A stretch of 59,837 bases of DNA, the filler included. It is 4 parts of 4 records of this genome, joined end to end, with 100 filler letters (N's around TTAATTAATTAA, not from the genome) between each part and the next. Parts side by side here need not be neighbours in the genome. Positions count along the whole stretch, not along the records: positions 24,131 to 51,991 come from SRR31156797_4168; positions 52,092 to 59,837 come from SRR31156797_4173; 2 more parts are not named here. One strand, given 5' to 3'. A program made the translations under genes and the position numbers. Below the pieces are notes generated by a model. That model saw nothing but the letters and a program-made list of their open reading frames with translations. It searched no databases and was not told where the DNA came from. This document shows positions 48,612 through 59,243 of this stretch, in pieces (the stretch's first letter is position 1; each line of letters starts with the position of its first letter).

Positions 48612-51600
48612 ATGAAGAAATTATTTGCTACATTTTTGGTGGCTATGTTTGCCTTAGGGACTGTTTTGTCTCAAAATATCAATATTAAAGGTTTTGGGGA
48701 TATCCCAGTTAAAAAAGAAGGTGAGAAATATTTAATTCAAATTGGAAAATTTGGCGAGTTTGCCTTTACAGGAAATTTGGAAGCAAAAGAACTAAAAGCA
48801 AATGTTGATGTACAGCAATTGGAACATTTGCCTGGTTTTAAGGTGCTATCTAAAATTGGTCTTACAGATATTTTCCTACACATTACAGGCGATGGACTCT
48901 ATTTAAATGCACATGCTGATACAAAAAGCAGCCTTAAAAAAGTGTGTGACTTGTTTAAAATAACGACGCCATATATTGAGGTGAGTGCTGCCATTGCTCC
49001 TCGCTCATTAGAGTTTGAAGGTATTATGGAGTTTACAGATGGCCCTGTAGAGTTTTTGCATATCGATCAAACAGGCACGGTGGTCAAGTTTAATTCAGCC
49101 AAAATTTCTACGACATTAGAACCCGGAACAGCTGAACTTGGGTTTGAAACGAATGTTTTAATTACGCCAACAAAGTTTGATCCCGAATTAGATTGTACTT
49201 ACTCTTTTACTTATGATATAGTTTCACAAACATTAACTGGCGCTGGATCAATGATGAGTGAATGGTCAAATCCATTGGGTTCTGGTCAATTTCTAGATCC
49301 AAATTCAATTGTATTTAGCAATGCTGCTGTTGAATTGGGAATAAACGTAATGACATTGGCTCCACTAAATATTGGTTTTGGTATTGAGAAGGCTAAAATA
49401 TTTACGATTGAATTTGGAGTAGTTGTGTCTATTGATCCAGTTGATAAGAAAGTAGCTTTTAAGGGTGAGCGTGACAAAATGAATGCCAATGATTTCACTA
49501 CATTTTTACGTGAAGGCTTTGGATTAAAAGTGCCTGATGTGTTGCCAAATATCTATTACATTGATTCGGCTCGTGTACTGTTTGCACCTAATGGTGGTTC
49601 AGTCGGAGAGGTTGAAATTGAAAAAGGACTCGCCTTAAAAGGAATGATGCATATTGGTGACGCTATGCAAGGGCCTGTTGATTTCAGGTTCGATATGGAA
49701 AATGAGATCACTCTTCATATGGATTTACAATACGATTTTAGAAAATTTGTAATGAATGAAGTGCGAAAAATTAAACCAATAGCGCCTGTTGTAAATGAAA
49801 TATTGAAAACTTTCCAGGTACGCAAACTGTATGTGGATTTGTATGGCAATAAAGAAGATAAAAACCTGAGTGGTATGGCTAAATGCGACTTTGAACTATT
49901 TGGACATGCTCACCATATCGAATTTGAAGCTGCTTTAGACGCCGATGTTATTGTACAAAAACTGGTTGATGAAATTAAGAAGCTAGCTGCACCTCAAGTA
50001 TTGGCTGCTGCAAAAGCTGTGGCTGATAACGTGAAAAAGATTGCCGGGCCTGCTGTAAGTGCATCTATCAATGTGGCACAACAGGGAATAAATAAATTAG
50101 GACACTATGGAGAAGTTGTTGCAGAATACAGACATCATATAACACATAGCAATTGTTTTGGGGAGTGTGTGCCAAATAGAGCCAACCAACTAACAGGACC
50201 GGTACTAGCCTCCACAAATCAAGCTGTGGCAGAGTTTTATACAAGGGTGCATGATCAGTTGTTACCAGTTGTAGGTATTACTCCTGAACAAACAATGGAT
50301 TTAAGATATCGAGCAGTTGGAGATGATTGGAAACGTCTAATGAATGATTTGGATAATAAATGGAAATCAATTATTAATGATCAACATTATCATGGATACG
50401 ATAAGGACCCAAATGATGTACGAGCTATGGGTGATGAATATAGAAGATTAGTAAATGAAAAGTATCAGGAACATATCAACTACCGCAGAGCTTTGTGGAA
50501 AAGGTTGCTGACGCATGGCGATGGAAAACATCATATTCAAAATCGTTGGAAGCCAGAAAAATATATTCTTCAAAACTTTGGACCCTTAGAGTGTAATACC
50601 ATAAAACAAGAGTGGCTTACAGCGCAATGGGAGTTTATACCTTTTGAAGGATATTTTAAAATTAAAAATGTGGATAAGGGAACATACCTACACATGGAGA
50701 ATGGTAAAATTGAATCTGGGGAAATTGCCGATGGCTGGCATAGTGCTCAATGGCAACTGGAAAAGGTTCCGGGTACTCAGTTTGTTAGAATTAAAAACCG
50801 CTGGAAACAAACCTATCTGCATATTGAATCAGGACCTCTAAAATGCACTGAAATAGGAGAAGGAGCCCATAGCTCACATTGGGATTTAGCTCCAATGTTA
50901 GATAATGTTGATTGGCATTCAACCGGTGATTGGAACCCGGCGGAAAAGAATACTTATGTTAGAATTAAAAATAGATACAAGCAAGGCTATATACATATTG
51001 AACAAGGACCGGTAAAGTCTACAGCTGTAACTCCAGGAATGCATAGTGCCCAGTGGGTATTTGAACCTTGTATTGACCCGAGTTATTTCAGAATTAAAAA
51101 CCGTTGGAAAGGTACATATCTTCATGTAGAGCATGGAAAACTAGAAGCTTCGCCAATTAACCATACTGCTCATAGTGCTATGTGGGATGTTCAAAGAGTA
51201 AATGGAACTCCTTATGTGAAAATTAGAAACAAATGGAAACACGATTGGTATATACATCATGAATTTGGTGAACTGCAAGCTCAAACTATTCAGCAGGGTT
51301 GGCATAGTGCAATGTGGGAACTGGATTATGAAATGGTTCCATCACCAATTACTGTAGTATATGACCAAGCTGCTGGTTGTGGAACTTTTTATCGAAAAGG
51401 CATTGAACTCAAAAAACACTGTGGCTGGAGTAAAAACTGGCATTCAGTTGTTGTTTTAGGTACTATGAGTAATTCATTTTCAGATTATAAAGTATTGTTT
51501 TACGATCAGTCTAATGGTGTTGGCTCAATATACAGGGTAGATGTTCAGGGTAATATGCATTTATTAAAAGACCATAGTGGTTGGGCTAAAACCTGGTCAA

Positions 51601-51785
51601 AAATTACCGCTGAAAATGGCAGAATAAGGTTCGAGTTACCTAATGGACATGGTGAAATATATAATTGTGACGATGCCGGAAATATAAGCCTGCATTCTAA
51701 AATAACACCGAAAAAGGAGTTAAAACCAAAACCAACACCACAGCCAAAACCAAAACCAAACAAGAAATTGAATGGAGGGTTTTAA
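48612..51785 (+). CDS. Large secreted protein with two ricin-type beta-trefoil domains
   Basis: Signal peptide; six ~40-aa repeats 'RIKNRWK.tYLHiE.G......gwHSAqW'; Pro/Lys-rich tail. Confidence 0.75.
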   Translation: MKKLFATFLVAMFALGTVLSQNINIKGFGDIPVKKEGEKYLIQIGKFGEFAFTGNLEAKELKANVDVQQLEHLPGFKVLSKIGLTDIFLHITGDGLYLNAHADTKSSLKKVCDLFKITTPYIEVSAAIAPRSLEFEGIMEFTDGPVEFLHIDQTGTVVKFNSAKISTTLEPGTAELGFETNVLITPTKFDPELDCTYSFTYDIVSQTLTGAGSMMSEWSNPLGSGQFLDPNSIVFSNAAVELGINVMTLAPLNIGFGIEKAKIFTIEFGVVVSIDPVDKKVAFKGERDKMNANDFTTFLREGFGLKVPDVLPNIYYIDSARVLFAPNGGSVGEVEIEKGLALKGMMHIGDAMQGPVDFRFDMENEITLHMDLQYDFRKFVMNEVRKIKPIAPVVNEILKTFQVRKLYVDLYGNKEDKNLSGMAKCDFELFGHAHHIEFEAALDADVIVQKLVDEIKKLAAPQVLAAAKAVADNVKKIAGPAVSASINVAQQGINKLGHYGEVVAEYRHHITHSNCFGECVPNRANQLTGPVLASTNQAVAEFYTRVHDQLLPVVGITPEQTMDLRYRAVGDDWKRLMNDLDNKWKSIINDQHYHGYDKDPNDVRAMGDEYRRLVNEKYQEHINYRRALWKRLLTHGDGKHHIQNRWKPEKYILQNFGPLECNTIKQEWLTAQWEFIPFEGYFKIKNVDKGTYLHMENGKIESGEIADGWHSAQWQLEKVPGTQFVRIKNRWKQTYLHIESGPLKCTEIGEGAHSSHWDLAPMLDNVDWHSTGDWNPAEKNTYVRIKNRYKQGYIHIEQGPVKSTAVTPGMHSAQWVFEPCIDPSYFRIKNRWKGTYLHVEHGKLEASPINHTAHSAMWDVQRVNGTPYVKIRNKWKHDWYIHHEFGELQAQTIQQGWHSAMWELDYEMVPSPITVVYDQAAGCGTFYRKGIELKKHCGWSKNWHSVVVLGTMSNSFSDYKVLFYDQSNGVGSIYRVDVQGNMHLLKDHSGWAKTWSKITAENGRIRFELPNGHGEIYNCDDAGNISLHSKITPKKELKPKPTPQPKPKPNKKLNGGF

Positions 51786-51809
51786 TTAATATGAGTTAGT
51801 TGTAAATTA

Positions 51810-51900
51810 TTTCACGCCACGTTTGCCACGAAAATACGCTATGAACGCTACGAGTTTTTCGTTGCGGACGCTGTGCAGTCGCTGCGAACGTTGCGTGAAA
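51810..51900. repeat. Imperfect palindromic REP-like element with ~9-nt internal periodicity
   Basis: TTTCACGCCACGTTTGCCACGA ... TCGCTGCGAACGTTGCGTGAAA, 18/22 complementary; GC-rich in an AT-rich context. Confidence 0.6.
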
Positions 51901-51991
51901 GTTTTATTGGTACCTTACCAAATAGACTGGAGTGGCAATAAGGGTAAATGATCAGATCAATTTGAAAAGTTGTGGACTTTTTTATTAATTA

Positions 51992-52091
51992 NNNNNNNNN
52001 NNNNNNNNNNNNNNNNNNNNNNNNNNNNNNNNNNNTTAATTAATTAANNNNNNNNNNNNNNNNNNNNNNNNNNNNNNNNNNNNNNNNNNNN
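51992..52091. other. Artificial contig linker
   Basis: N-run + TTAATTAATTAA + N-run. Confidence 0.98.
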
Positions 52092-52213
52092 GTCTCTACT
52101 GTATAAAACTTTCGACTTTGAGAAATAACTCTTCCCGGAATATCGCCCTGACCACCTAGCTTTTTATACTTCTTCTGAAAAAACTTATTAAATCCTAGAA
52201 TGTTAAGATCCAT
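52092..52213 (-). CDS. rsgA: 5' fragment of a probable ribosome small subunit-dependent GTPase A
   Basis: MDLNILGFNKFFQ...PGRVISQSRKFYTVE resembles RsgA N-termini; truncated by the contig end. Confidence 0.5.
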
Positions 52214-52330
52214 TTCTGCTCCGTAAATTAAACTTATAGAAGATACTTTTTCATTCATTTTTAGTCAAGTCTTGCAAAAATTTGTTTTTCAAAATACTAT
52301 CCGTCCTGATAACTTTTTTAATAGGTAGAA

Positions 52331-53158
52331 ATGATCAGAATAATTACTAAATTTAAATTGCTGCTTAAACTATACAGACCTGATGTTGCAATTCTTGTAT
52401 TTATGGGCACCCTTGCCGGAAGAATTCTAACTACAGAACTGACATTTATGCACTTCGTTCAGGCAGCTTTCATCAGTGCATTTACTTACAACTTTGTGTA
52501 TACGCTTAATGCTATCACTGATATGCCTGAAGATAAAATTAATAAACCATGGCGTCCTTTACCTTCCGGCACTGTTTCTAACAGAGAGGCTTTTTTGTGG
52601 CTTTCTTTTCTAACACTAGGATCCTGTGCTTTGATCCCGGTGCTTTTTGAAGGGGTAGAGATCTTTCTTGCATACCTCATCATGTTTCTTGGAATGAGCT
52701 ACTCTATACCTCCTTTCACATTTAAGAAAAGAGCTTTTCTGGCACCAATGATCACCGGCTGGGGAATTGTTCATCCGCTTATTCTTACAGGAAAGATGAC
52801 TATCCCACTTTTGTGGATCAGCTTACTTTTTCACAGTTTTGCCGTTACATTCCTAAAAGATCTCTCAGATATTAAAGGAGATAAAAAAGCTGGAAGAAGG
52901 ATACTTATAGAAGTTATCCCTCTTTCACGACTTATCTTACTTTCCGGTTGTCTTAACATGATCTCAGCAATCGGATTCCTTTTTTCAGACTTTAAAATGG
53001 CAGCGTTCATACCTTTATTTTCAATGCTGTTTATAAGTTATCGATATTTTTATAAAAGGAAGAACTTCTTCGAAGAAATATACAAAATGACAATAAGACT
53101 GACAATTCTCGGGTCGTTTCTAGTTACAATGTTTTACTTCTTTAAGATCAGAATTTAA
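52331..53158 (+). CDS. UbiA family prenyltransferase
   Basis: NAITDMPEDKINKPWRPLPSG and KDLSDIKGDKKAG Asp-rich motifs; multiple TM helices. Confidence 0.9.
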   Translation: MIRIITKFKLLLKLYRPDVAILVFMGTLAGRILTTELTFMHFVQAAFISAFTYNFVYTLNAITDMPEDKINKPWRPLPSGTVSNREAFLWLSFLTLGSCALIPVLFEGVEIFLAYLIMFLGMSYSIPPFTFKKRAFLAPMITGWGIVHPLILTGKMTIPLLWISLLFHSFAVTFLKDLSDIKGDKKAGRRILIEVIPLSRLILLSGCLNMISAIGFLFSDFKMAAFIPLFSMLFISYRYFYKRKNFFEEIYKMTIRLTILGSFLVTMFYFFKIRI

Positions 53159-54140
53159 TCTGCCTGATTTGAGATTCTCCAGGAGCCTTGTTATCAGGAA
53201 TAAAGTATAGATAGGTTCCACGACCCTCTCTGTCATCAAGAAATAGAACTTCTCCCGGTTCATTAAACATCATGCTTGCAGGAAAATTATGACCTCTAAC
53301 CATTACAAGCTTGTTTTCACTATAAACATAAAGAGTGTTATCTTTTTCCTGAAAGTGTAGGGAAACCTTGCTTTTCGTCTTTATTGGATGGTAGCCCGTT
53401 ATAAATTCTAGTTTTTTACCGGGTCTATCAAGCTTATGAACAACAACTGTCATCATGTCTGAAAATATCCTGTGAGACAGAATATAAATACTATCTCCAT
53501 GACATTGAATGCTAGTCGGCCTTTCGATTACAGCTCCTAAAGATAGAAGCCTCCTAAAAAGATCCTTAGTGTTCTCTTCGCCAACTGTATAGCCCGTAAA
53601 GTCAGAATAAGTCTTATCTGAAACGGAAACGACATACGACCTCTTCAAAGAGCTTTCATCATTCACCAGCAACATTGCAAAAGCTCCATCATTAAGAAAA
53701 CACCCTGAAAGAACAGAGCTGGCATCATGCTCAAGTTCAATAGTTTTTGAAGTCTCAGGCTTTCTGATCTCAACTGTCAACCCCTCATCACTCATTCCTT
53801 TAAAAGCATAGGAATTCGATCCATTATCAATTGCCAGTGGAGTTTTTCCATCATTCTTTATCTTGTTAAACCCTTCCTTTGACAAGCTGTAATAATTAAG
53901 GCTGTTCCCATCACTTACAGAAACACTTCCTGTAAAATGGAACCTGCAGGAATTCTCCTTTTTCATACAGATGGATAGATTGGACGAATCAGTACAAGAA
54001 ACAAAACAAACCAGAAAAACTAGAAACGATAAAACTTTGATAGATCTGTTATCGGGAATATCGGGCACGGACAGGTCAGTAAGACATTTGTTTAAGGTCT
54101 GCTTCCGCTTTCTTATAATAATCATTCTCGGCGGTAACAA
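53148..54140 (-). CDS. Hypothetical lipoprotein (true start probably downstream of 54140)
   Basis: Long ORF; hydrophobic stretch with lipobox FVSC; annotated start overlaps the upstream gene. Confidence 0.6.
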   Translation of the reverse strand: MLPPRMIIIRKRKQTLNKCLTDLSVPDIPDNRSIKVLSFLVFLVCFVSCTDSSNLSICMKKENSCRFHFTGSVSVSDGNSLNYYSLSKEGFNKIKNDGKTPLAIDNGSNSYAFKGMSDEGLTVEIRKPETSKTIELEHDASSVLSGCFLNDGAFAMLLVNDESSLKRSYVVSVSDKTYSDFTGYTVGEENTKDLFRRLLSLGAVIERPTSIQCHGDSIYILSHRIFSDMMTVVVHKLDRPGKKLEFITGYHPIKTKSKVSLHFQEKDNTLYVYSENKLVMVRGHNFPASMMFNEPGEVLFLDDREGRGTYLYFIPDNKAPGESQIRQIKF

Positions 54141-55491
54141 GCTTAAGTATTGATCTAAGAAGCTCTTTTGCCTTTGTAGGGTTAAAATTCTTCATAACTG
54201 AAGCTTTGTCATAGATTCTCTTAACGAGGATGCCTTTCGAGTCAAGCCATTTACTACATTCTTTTTTATCAGGATTAAGGTAAACACACTTTTCAAAAGC
54301 TTCGTTTGCAAGAGTGTAATTATCTTGTTTTTCCATTGCCTGGCCTTTCGCCATAAAACCTATAGCCTCAATTTTGTCGATCTTTTTAGAAAAATCGGTT
54401 CCACCAGGAACAATGTACTCATCGAGAGCTTTTGCAGCTTCAAGGTTGTCAAGTATGAGGTTATGATCAAGAAGTTTAACACCCTTGAGGATCTTTCCTC
54501 TTACCTTGTTGAAGTTAAGAAGCTGAGTCTTAAGTGCAAGAACTTTTGCATCTTCTTCACACTCACATTTAAGTTTGCTTACCTTCACGATAGCTTTAAT
54601 AGCAACATTATATTTTCCCTGAGCACACATTTCAAGAACGAGTTCTCTTGCTCTTGTAAGCTTTTCTGCATTCTCTTCAAGGCTACGCTTTTTATTTCTA
54701 CGTTCTCTTTTCTTTTCTTTTTCTCTTCTAGCTCTTTCTCTTTCGAGACGCTCTCTCTCTCTTTCTTCTTCTCTTCTTTTTCTTTCAGCCTGGATTCTCT
54801 TTTTTCTCTGAAGCTCTTTCCTTCTTCTAAGTTCAGCTTCCTTTTTCTTTTCCAGTTCTATTTCTCTCTTACGTCTTTCTTCTTCAAGCTTGCGTCTTCT
54901 TTTATCTTCACGTTCTTTTCTTTCTTCTTCTGCTCTGGCCTTCTTCTCACGCTCTTTAGCCATTCTTTTTTCGAGCTCATCATTATCATCATCGTCATCG
55001 CCTCTTCTAGACTTCTTTGATTTTGATGAAGATCCACTCTTTATGTCTCTGTAAACCGTTTTTGTAAGCTTTCTCAGCTGACGGTAAAGATTCTTTTTGT
55101 TGACAGAGTCCACATCGTCATACGTCTTTGAAACGTCCTCTATAACTTCTTCCATGTCAATTCCTATCAGAACTGTTCTAACAACAACTTCATCATAGTC
55201 ATTGCTGCTGATCAGTGTGAGAATGGAATACTGGAATCTATCTTCTGAGTTGTCGTACCAGCAAGTCGCATTACTTCCGCATTTTTTGAAAGATCTGTAA
55301 CTTGACTTGGAAAGTTTGCGATAACTGAGGTAGCTGAATTTAGCCTTAAGAACACCCTCAAGATCTTTGGTGATACGCTTTGCATCGCGACCATCGACAT
55401 TCTTGGTTACAGGTTTCATAAAAAGCACCTTGTCAGCAAATAACGGTAGGGCAAACACTATCAAAAGAACAACTATTAAAAGCCTTCTCAA
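54076..55491 (-). CDS. Secreted hypothetical protein with E/R/K-rich coiled coil and TPR-like C-terminus
   Basis: Signal peptide; long charged low-complexity segment; helical repeats at the C-terminus. Confidence 0.75.
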   Translation of the reverse strand: MRRLLIVVLLIVFALPLFADKVLFMKPVTKNVDGRDAKRITKDLEGVLKAKFSYLSYRKLSKSSYRSFKKCGSNATCWYDNSEDRFQYSILTLISSNDYDEVVVRTVLIGIDMEEVIEDVSKTYDDVDSVNKKNLYRQLRKLTKTVYRDIKSGSSSKSKKSRRGDDDDDNDELEKRMAKEREKKARAEEERKEREDKRRRKLEEERRKREIELEKKKEAELRRRKELQRKKRIQAERKRREEERERERLERERARREKEKKRERRNKKRSLEENAEKLTRARELVLEMCAQGKYNVAIKAIVKVSKLKCECEEDAKVLALKTQLLNFNKVRGKILKGVKLLDHNLILDNLEAAKALDEYIVPGGTDFSKKIDKIEAIGFMAKGQAMEKQDNYTLANEAFEKCVYLNPDKKECSKWLDSKGILVKRIYDKASVMKNFNPTKAKELLRSILKLVTAENDYYKKAEADLKQMSY

Positions 55492-55605
55492 CTTAATCCT
55501 CCTTCACAGAACACTGTCGCAAATAATAAATCTCAAGACATTTAACCTTTTTTAATTACTTTTTCAAGTTTTTATAATAAAAACAAATTCTAATATCAAC
55601 ATATA

Positions 55606-56067
55606 TCAATCCCTTTTATCCCTGCAGTAATAAATGAAAAAATACTCGGCACCACTTTTCATAACACCTCTACAGAAAATATTTTCGTCATCAGAAGCAA
55701 AATCATAGGAATAAACCATATCCCCGTGATCTTTCACATAAAAAACAGGATTCCCCACCTTCTTTTTACCGATCTTAAATGACTTTTTTATCACAAGTTC
55801 CTCTGACCCGTCAATATGGGTGTATCTGAGGTTTAAAGGCTTTTTCAATATGTTTTGAGCTTCTCCGGGTCTTTCTTTTAAAGAATCTTTTAGTTTTGCA
55901 GGAATATTATGGAATCCACCGGAAGAAACTACTCCAACATTTATCTTTTTATTTAGAGACGAAATAATAAAAAGTGCCGTACCGAAAGCTGCCAACACGG
56001 CCACAGCTATCAATAGACTTTTTCTTCTTTTCTTTAAATATTGTCTTTTGCCTTCGCTCATTTTCAC
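55606..56067 (-). CDS. Hypothetical membrane-anchored protein
   Basis: Basic N-terminus followed by one TM helix. Confidence 0.6.
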   Translation of the reverse strand: MKMSEGKRQYLKKRRKSLLIAVAVLAAFGTALFIISSLNKKINVGVVSSGGFHNIPAKLKDSLKERPGEAQNILKKPLNLRYTHIDGSEELVIKKSFKIGKKKVGNPVFYVKDHGDMVYSYDFASDDENIFCRGVMKSGAEYFFIYYCRDKRD

Positions 56068-56185
56068 ATAAGTAACAATCCAACGTTAGATCACATTAGA
56101 CAATAAAAGGTTATTTATCAAGTTTTGACGTGGCTTTAACTTTTAACTATACTAAGTAGCTATCACCGTTGGAATGAGGGTCAAC

Positions 56186-57583
56186 ATGAGAAAATTCATA
56201 CTAGTGTTCATATTATTTAACATGCTTTGCTCACTTTCAGCCGACACCTATAAAGTTTCTATTTCTTCTAAATCCCGAAAAACCATACAGGAGATTAGTG
56301 TTTTTGATATTATAAGTACTTCTAAAAAAGACTCTGAAATTGTCTATTTGCTTAATTTGACACCTGAAGAAGCTCTTCAACTTAAACTTCTCATGAATTT
56401 AGAGCCCGTTGAAACTAAACTTCTTGAAAACAAAGAAAACTACTCAGACCTTGAGCAAATAAATGAAAGAATTGATAATTTCGTAAAGAACCACAGTAAT
56501 ATTGCCAAAGTTTTTACTATTGGAAGATCTGTAGAAGATCGAGATATTAAAGCGATCAGATTATCTTTATCAACATCTGAAGCTGCTCCTGAAATCCTTT
56601 TTGTAGGGCTTCACCATGCAAGAGAATGGATATCATCTGAGGTCCCGCTTGCCATAGCTGAATTTGCAGTAAACAATCAGGAATCCAACCCTTTTGTAAG
56701 AAATATTCTTGAAAATTCTGTGCTCTGGTTTGTTCCGATGCTTAATCCTGATGGATATGTTTATTCATGGGAAGTGGATAGAATGTGGCGATATAACAGA
56801 AAGATCCACCCTGATTCAACGGTCGGCGTAGACTTAAATAGAAATTACAGTACCTCATGGAAGGAAATGGAATATATTCATGGCACTGAACCTTTTAGTG
56901 AACCGGAAACTCAAGCCATTAAAGATCTGATAGAGAACACCGTATCTCCTCCTGTGGAATTCGGGATCAAATCTTTAGACGGTCTCATATCTTATCACTC
57001 ATACGGACAAATGATCCTATACCCTACAGGAAGTAGTAGCGATCCACCGGAAGAAGTTGAGCTTTATGGTGAGCTTAGTTCAAAAATGTCTTCCTATATT
57101 TTTTCTCAATGCGGGAGCAACTATCTTCCAATGCAGATATTCACTTTATGCGTCACTTTTGGTGAAATGACAGAGTGGTTCATGGTGAATAATGAAAACA
57201 AGCCCTCTTTCACTTTTGAACTTAGACCTCACCAAGGGGACTCTTCCGGTTTTATTCTTTCTCCTGAACAGATAAGTGACACTATTAAAGAAAATATCCC
57301 TGCAGCTTTCTATTTTGTACGGACGATCATTGATGCCGGAACTCAAGTTGAAATGGATGCTGACGATAACGGCAATCTGGACGTCATTCAAAATACTCGC
57401 TATGACTATGAGTGCAGTCGGGACGATGTTATTGATAAAGATCAGAGCAATGACGCAGACAACCTTAGTTCTGACCTTGAGGATGAAGTCACTGACAGCG
57501 ATCTCATTGATAATGAAACTGAAACACCTGATCCTGATCAATTCCGGGAAAGCTCCGGGTGCTCCTTAACTAAATTGCTTTAA
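56186..57583 (+). CDS. M14 zinc carboxypeptidase with acidic linker and C-terminal GCS motif
   Basis: HHARE, NPDG, GVDLNRN, PFSEPE, YHSYG, FELR; ends SSGCSLTKLL; ATG 56186 follows a GAGG RBS. Confidence 0.9.
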   Translation: MRKFILVFILFNMLCSLSADTYKVSISSKSRKTIQEISVFDIISTSKKDSEIVYLLNLTPEEALQLKLLMNLEPVETKLLENKENYSDLEQINERIDNFVKNHSNIAKVFTIGRSVEDRDIKAIRLSLSTSEAAPEILFVGLHHAREWISSEVPLAIAEFAVNNQESNPFVRNILENSVLWFVPMLNPDGYVYSWEVDRMWRYNRKIHPDSTVGVDLNRNYSTSWKEMEYIHGTEPFSEPETQAIKDLIENTVSPPVEFGIKSLDGLISYHSYGQMILYPTGSSSDPPEEVELYGELSSKMSSYIFSQCGSNYLPMQIFTLCVTFGEMTEWFMVNNENKPSFTFELRPHQGDSSGFILSPEQISDTIKENIPAAFYFVRTIIDAGTQVEMDADDNGNLDVIQNTRYDYECSRDDVIDKDQSNDADNLSSDLEDEVTDSDLIDNETETPDPDQFRESSGCSLTKLL

Positions 57584-57642
57584 ATATTTCGACAGCTATA
57601 ATCGCTCTGCGTAAAAACGTTAACCTCAGTTTGGAGTTCTAA

Positions 57643-59142
57643 ATGAGTGTAATTTCTCAGATCAAGGGTTTCCAGAAAAATTTCTGGATCGTAAATGTTA
57701 TGGAGATGTTTGAAAGACTGGCCTTCTTTTCAGTTAGAGCTGTCCTTCCTCTTTGGATGGTTGCAACAGCAGACGAACATGGCCTTGGACTTACTTTTAC
57801 TGAAAAAGGACTTATCTTTATGGTATGGGCTGCATGTCAGAGTCTTATTCCAATGTTCAGTGGCTCTTTCACAGATAATTTTGGTTATAAGAAAAGTCTA
57901 TACACGGCTTTTTCTCTTAACATTTTCGGCTATGTTCTTATGGCGAATGCTCATAGCTTCTGGGCAATGATGCTTGCAGGAGTTGTTGTCGGAACCGGAA
58001 CAGCTATTTTCAAGCCACCCGTTCAGGGAACGATAGCCTCATCCGTTAATGAAGAGAATAGTTCACTCGGTTTTGGTTTTTTCTACTGGATAGTTAACAT
58101 CGGCGGATTTCTTGCACCATTGATGGCAAGTTATCTTAGAGGAAATGCAACTGATGGTTATACATGGTCATTTGTTTTTTACGGCGCAGCTATAGTTACA
58201 GCAATAAACTTTATTCCTACTATCTTTTTCTATACTGAACCGGAAAACAAAAATGCTTCAAAATCTACAAAAAAAGCATTGGAAGACACTTTTAGCGCTT
58301 TAAAAGATAAGGATTTCATGATGTTTCTTCTTATCTTCAGTGGCTTTTGGCTTATGTTCATGCAACTTTGGGATCTTCTTCCAAACTTCATAAATCAGTG
58401 GGTCGATTCACGTGAACTTGCTTCAGTTCTTCCAGCTTTTCTTACTGATAATGGCAATGTAAAAGCTGAACAGATAATTAATATTAACGCGATGTGTATT
58501 ATTCTTTTCATGATCCCATGGAGTGTTGTGACAGGAAAAGTTCCAAGACTTGTCGCTATTACTTTAGGCATTCTTCTTACCACTGCTGCGTTTCTTTCAT
58601 CAGGACTCTTTATGGCAGGAACGGTAACGGCTATATCTATTGTCTTTTTCAGTTTTGGAGAAATGACCTGTTCACCGAAATTCAGTGAATATATCGGTGT
58701 AAATGCTCCTCCGGATAAAAAAGCACTTTACATGGGGCTTTCAAACATTCCATTTGCTTTTGGATGGATCGTTGGAAATGGAATCTCAGGCCCACTTTAC
58801 GATGCTTTCGCTAACAAGCTTCTAATCACAAAACAATACTTGCTTAATGTGAAAAAAGTGCCTTTAGAAACACTTCAGAAGGTTGTTACAGATTATAAAG
58901 CAACTAATCCTGACAAGTTGCTTCCTGAAACAATTGAGAAAATGAGTATTGAGAACTTCAATTTCTTCCCTTATCTTCAACAAACTCTGGGTGTTGACCA
59001 ATACGAAGCAAACAGGCTGCTATGGGAAGCTTCTGACCCTTGGATCATCTGGGTTATACTTTCATCTTTTGGTGTACTCACAATAATCTCGATGCTTCTT
59101 TTCAGCCTTAGTAAAAAGAAAAAAACTGCTGAAACAGCCTAA
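57643..59142 (+). CDS. MFS transporter (POT/peptide transporter-like)
   Basis: EMFERLAFF (ExxERxxF/Y), FKP, FYWIVNIGG; about 12 TM helices. Confidence 0.88.
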   Translation: MSVISQIKGFQKNFWIVNVMEMFERLAFFSVRAVLPLWMVATADEHGLGLTFTEKGLIFMVWAACQSLIPMFSGSFTDNFGYKKSLYTAFSLNIFGYVLMANAHSFWAMMLAGVVVGTGTAIFKPPVQGTIASSVNEENSSLGFGFFYWIVNIGGFLAPLMASYLRGNATDGYTWSFVFYGAAIVTAINFIPTIFFYTEPENKNASKSTKKALEDTFSALKDKDFMMFLLIFSGFWLMFMQLWDLLPNFINQWVDSRELASVLPAFLTDNGNVKAEQIININAMCIILFMIPWSVVTGKVPRLVAITLGILLTTAAFLSSGLFMAGTVTAISIVFFSFGEMTCSPKFSEYIGVNAPPDKKALYMGLSNIPFAFGWIVGNGISGPLYDAFANKLLITKQYLLNVKKVPLETLQKVVTDYKATNPDKLLPETIEKMSIENFNFFPYLQQTLGVDQYEANRLLWEASDPWIIWVILSSFGVLTIISMLLFSLSKKKKTAETA

Positions 59143-59243
59143 CTCTTTTTGTCTTTAATTTAAAGACCTCTAACAACTTTCTTGAAATCGCAATAAGATA
59201 CTGGTAAAATCAGTGAACTTTTAGTTAGTTTGGAGGCGACCCA

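Noticed and set aside
54325-55020. 231-aa Phe/Ser-rich ORF that looks like a membrane protein
   Set aside because: Antisense of an E/R/K-rich coding region; a compositional artefact.
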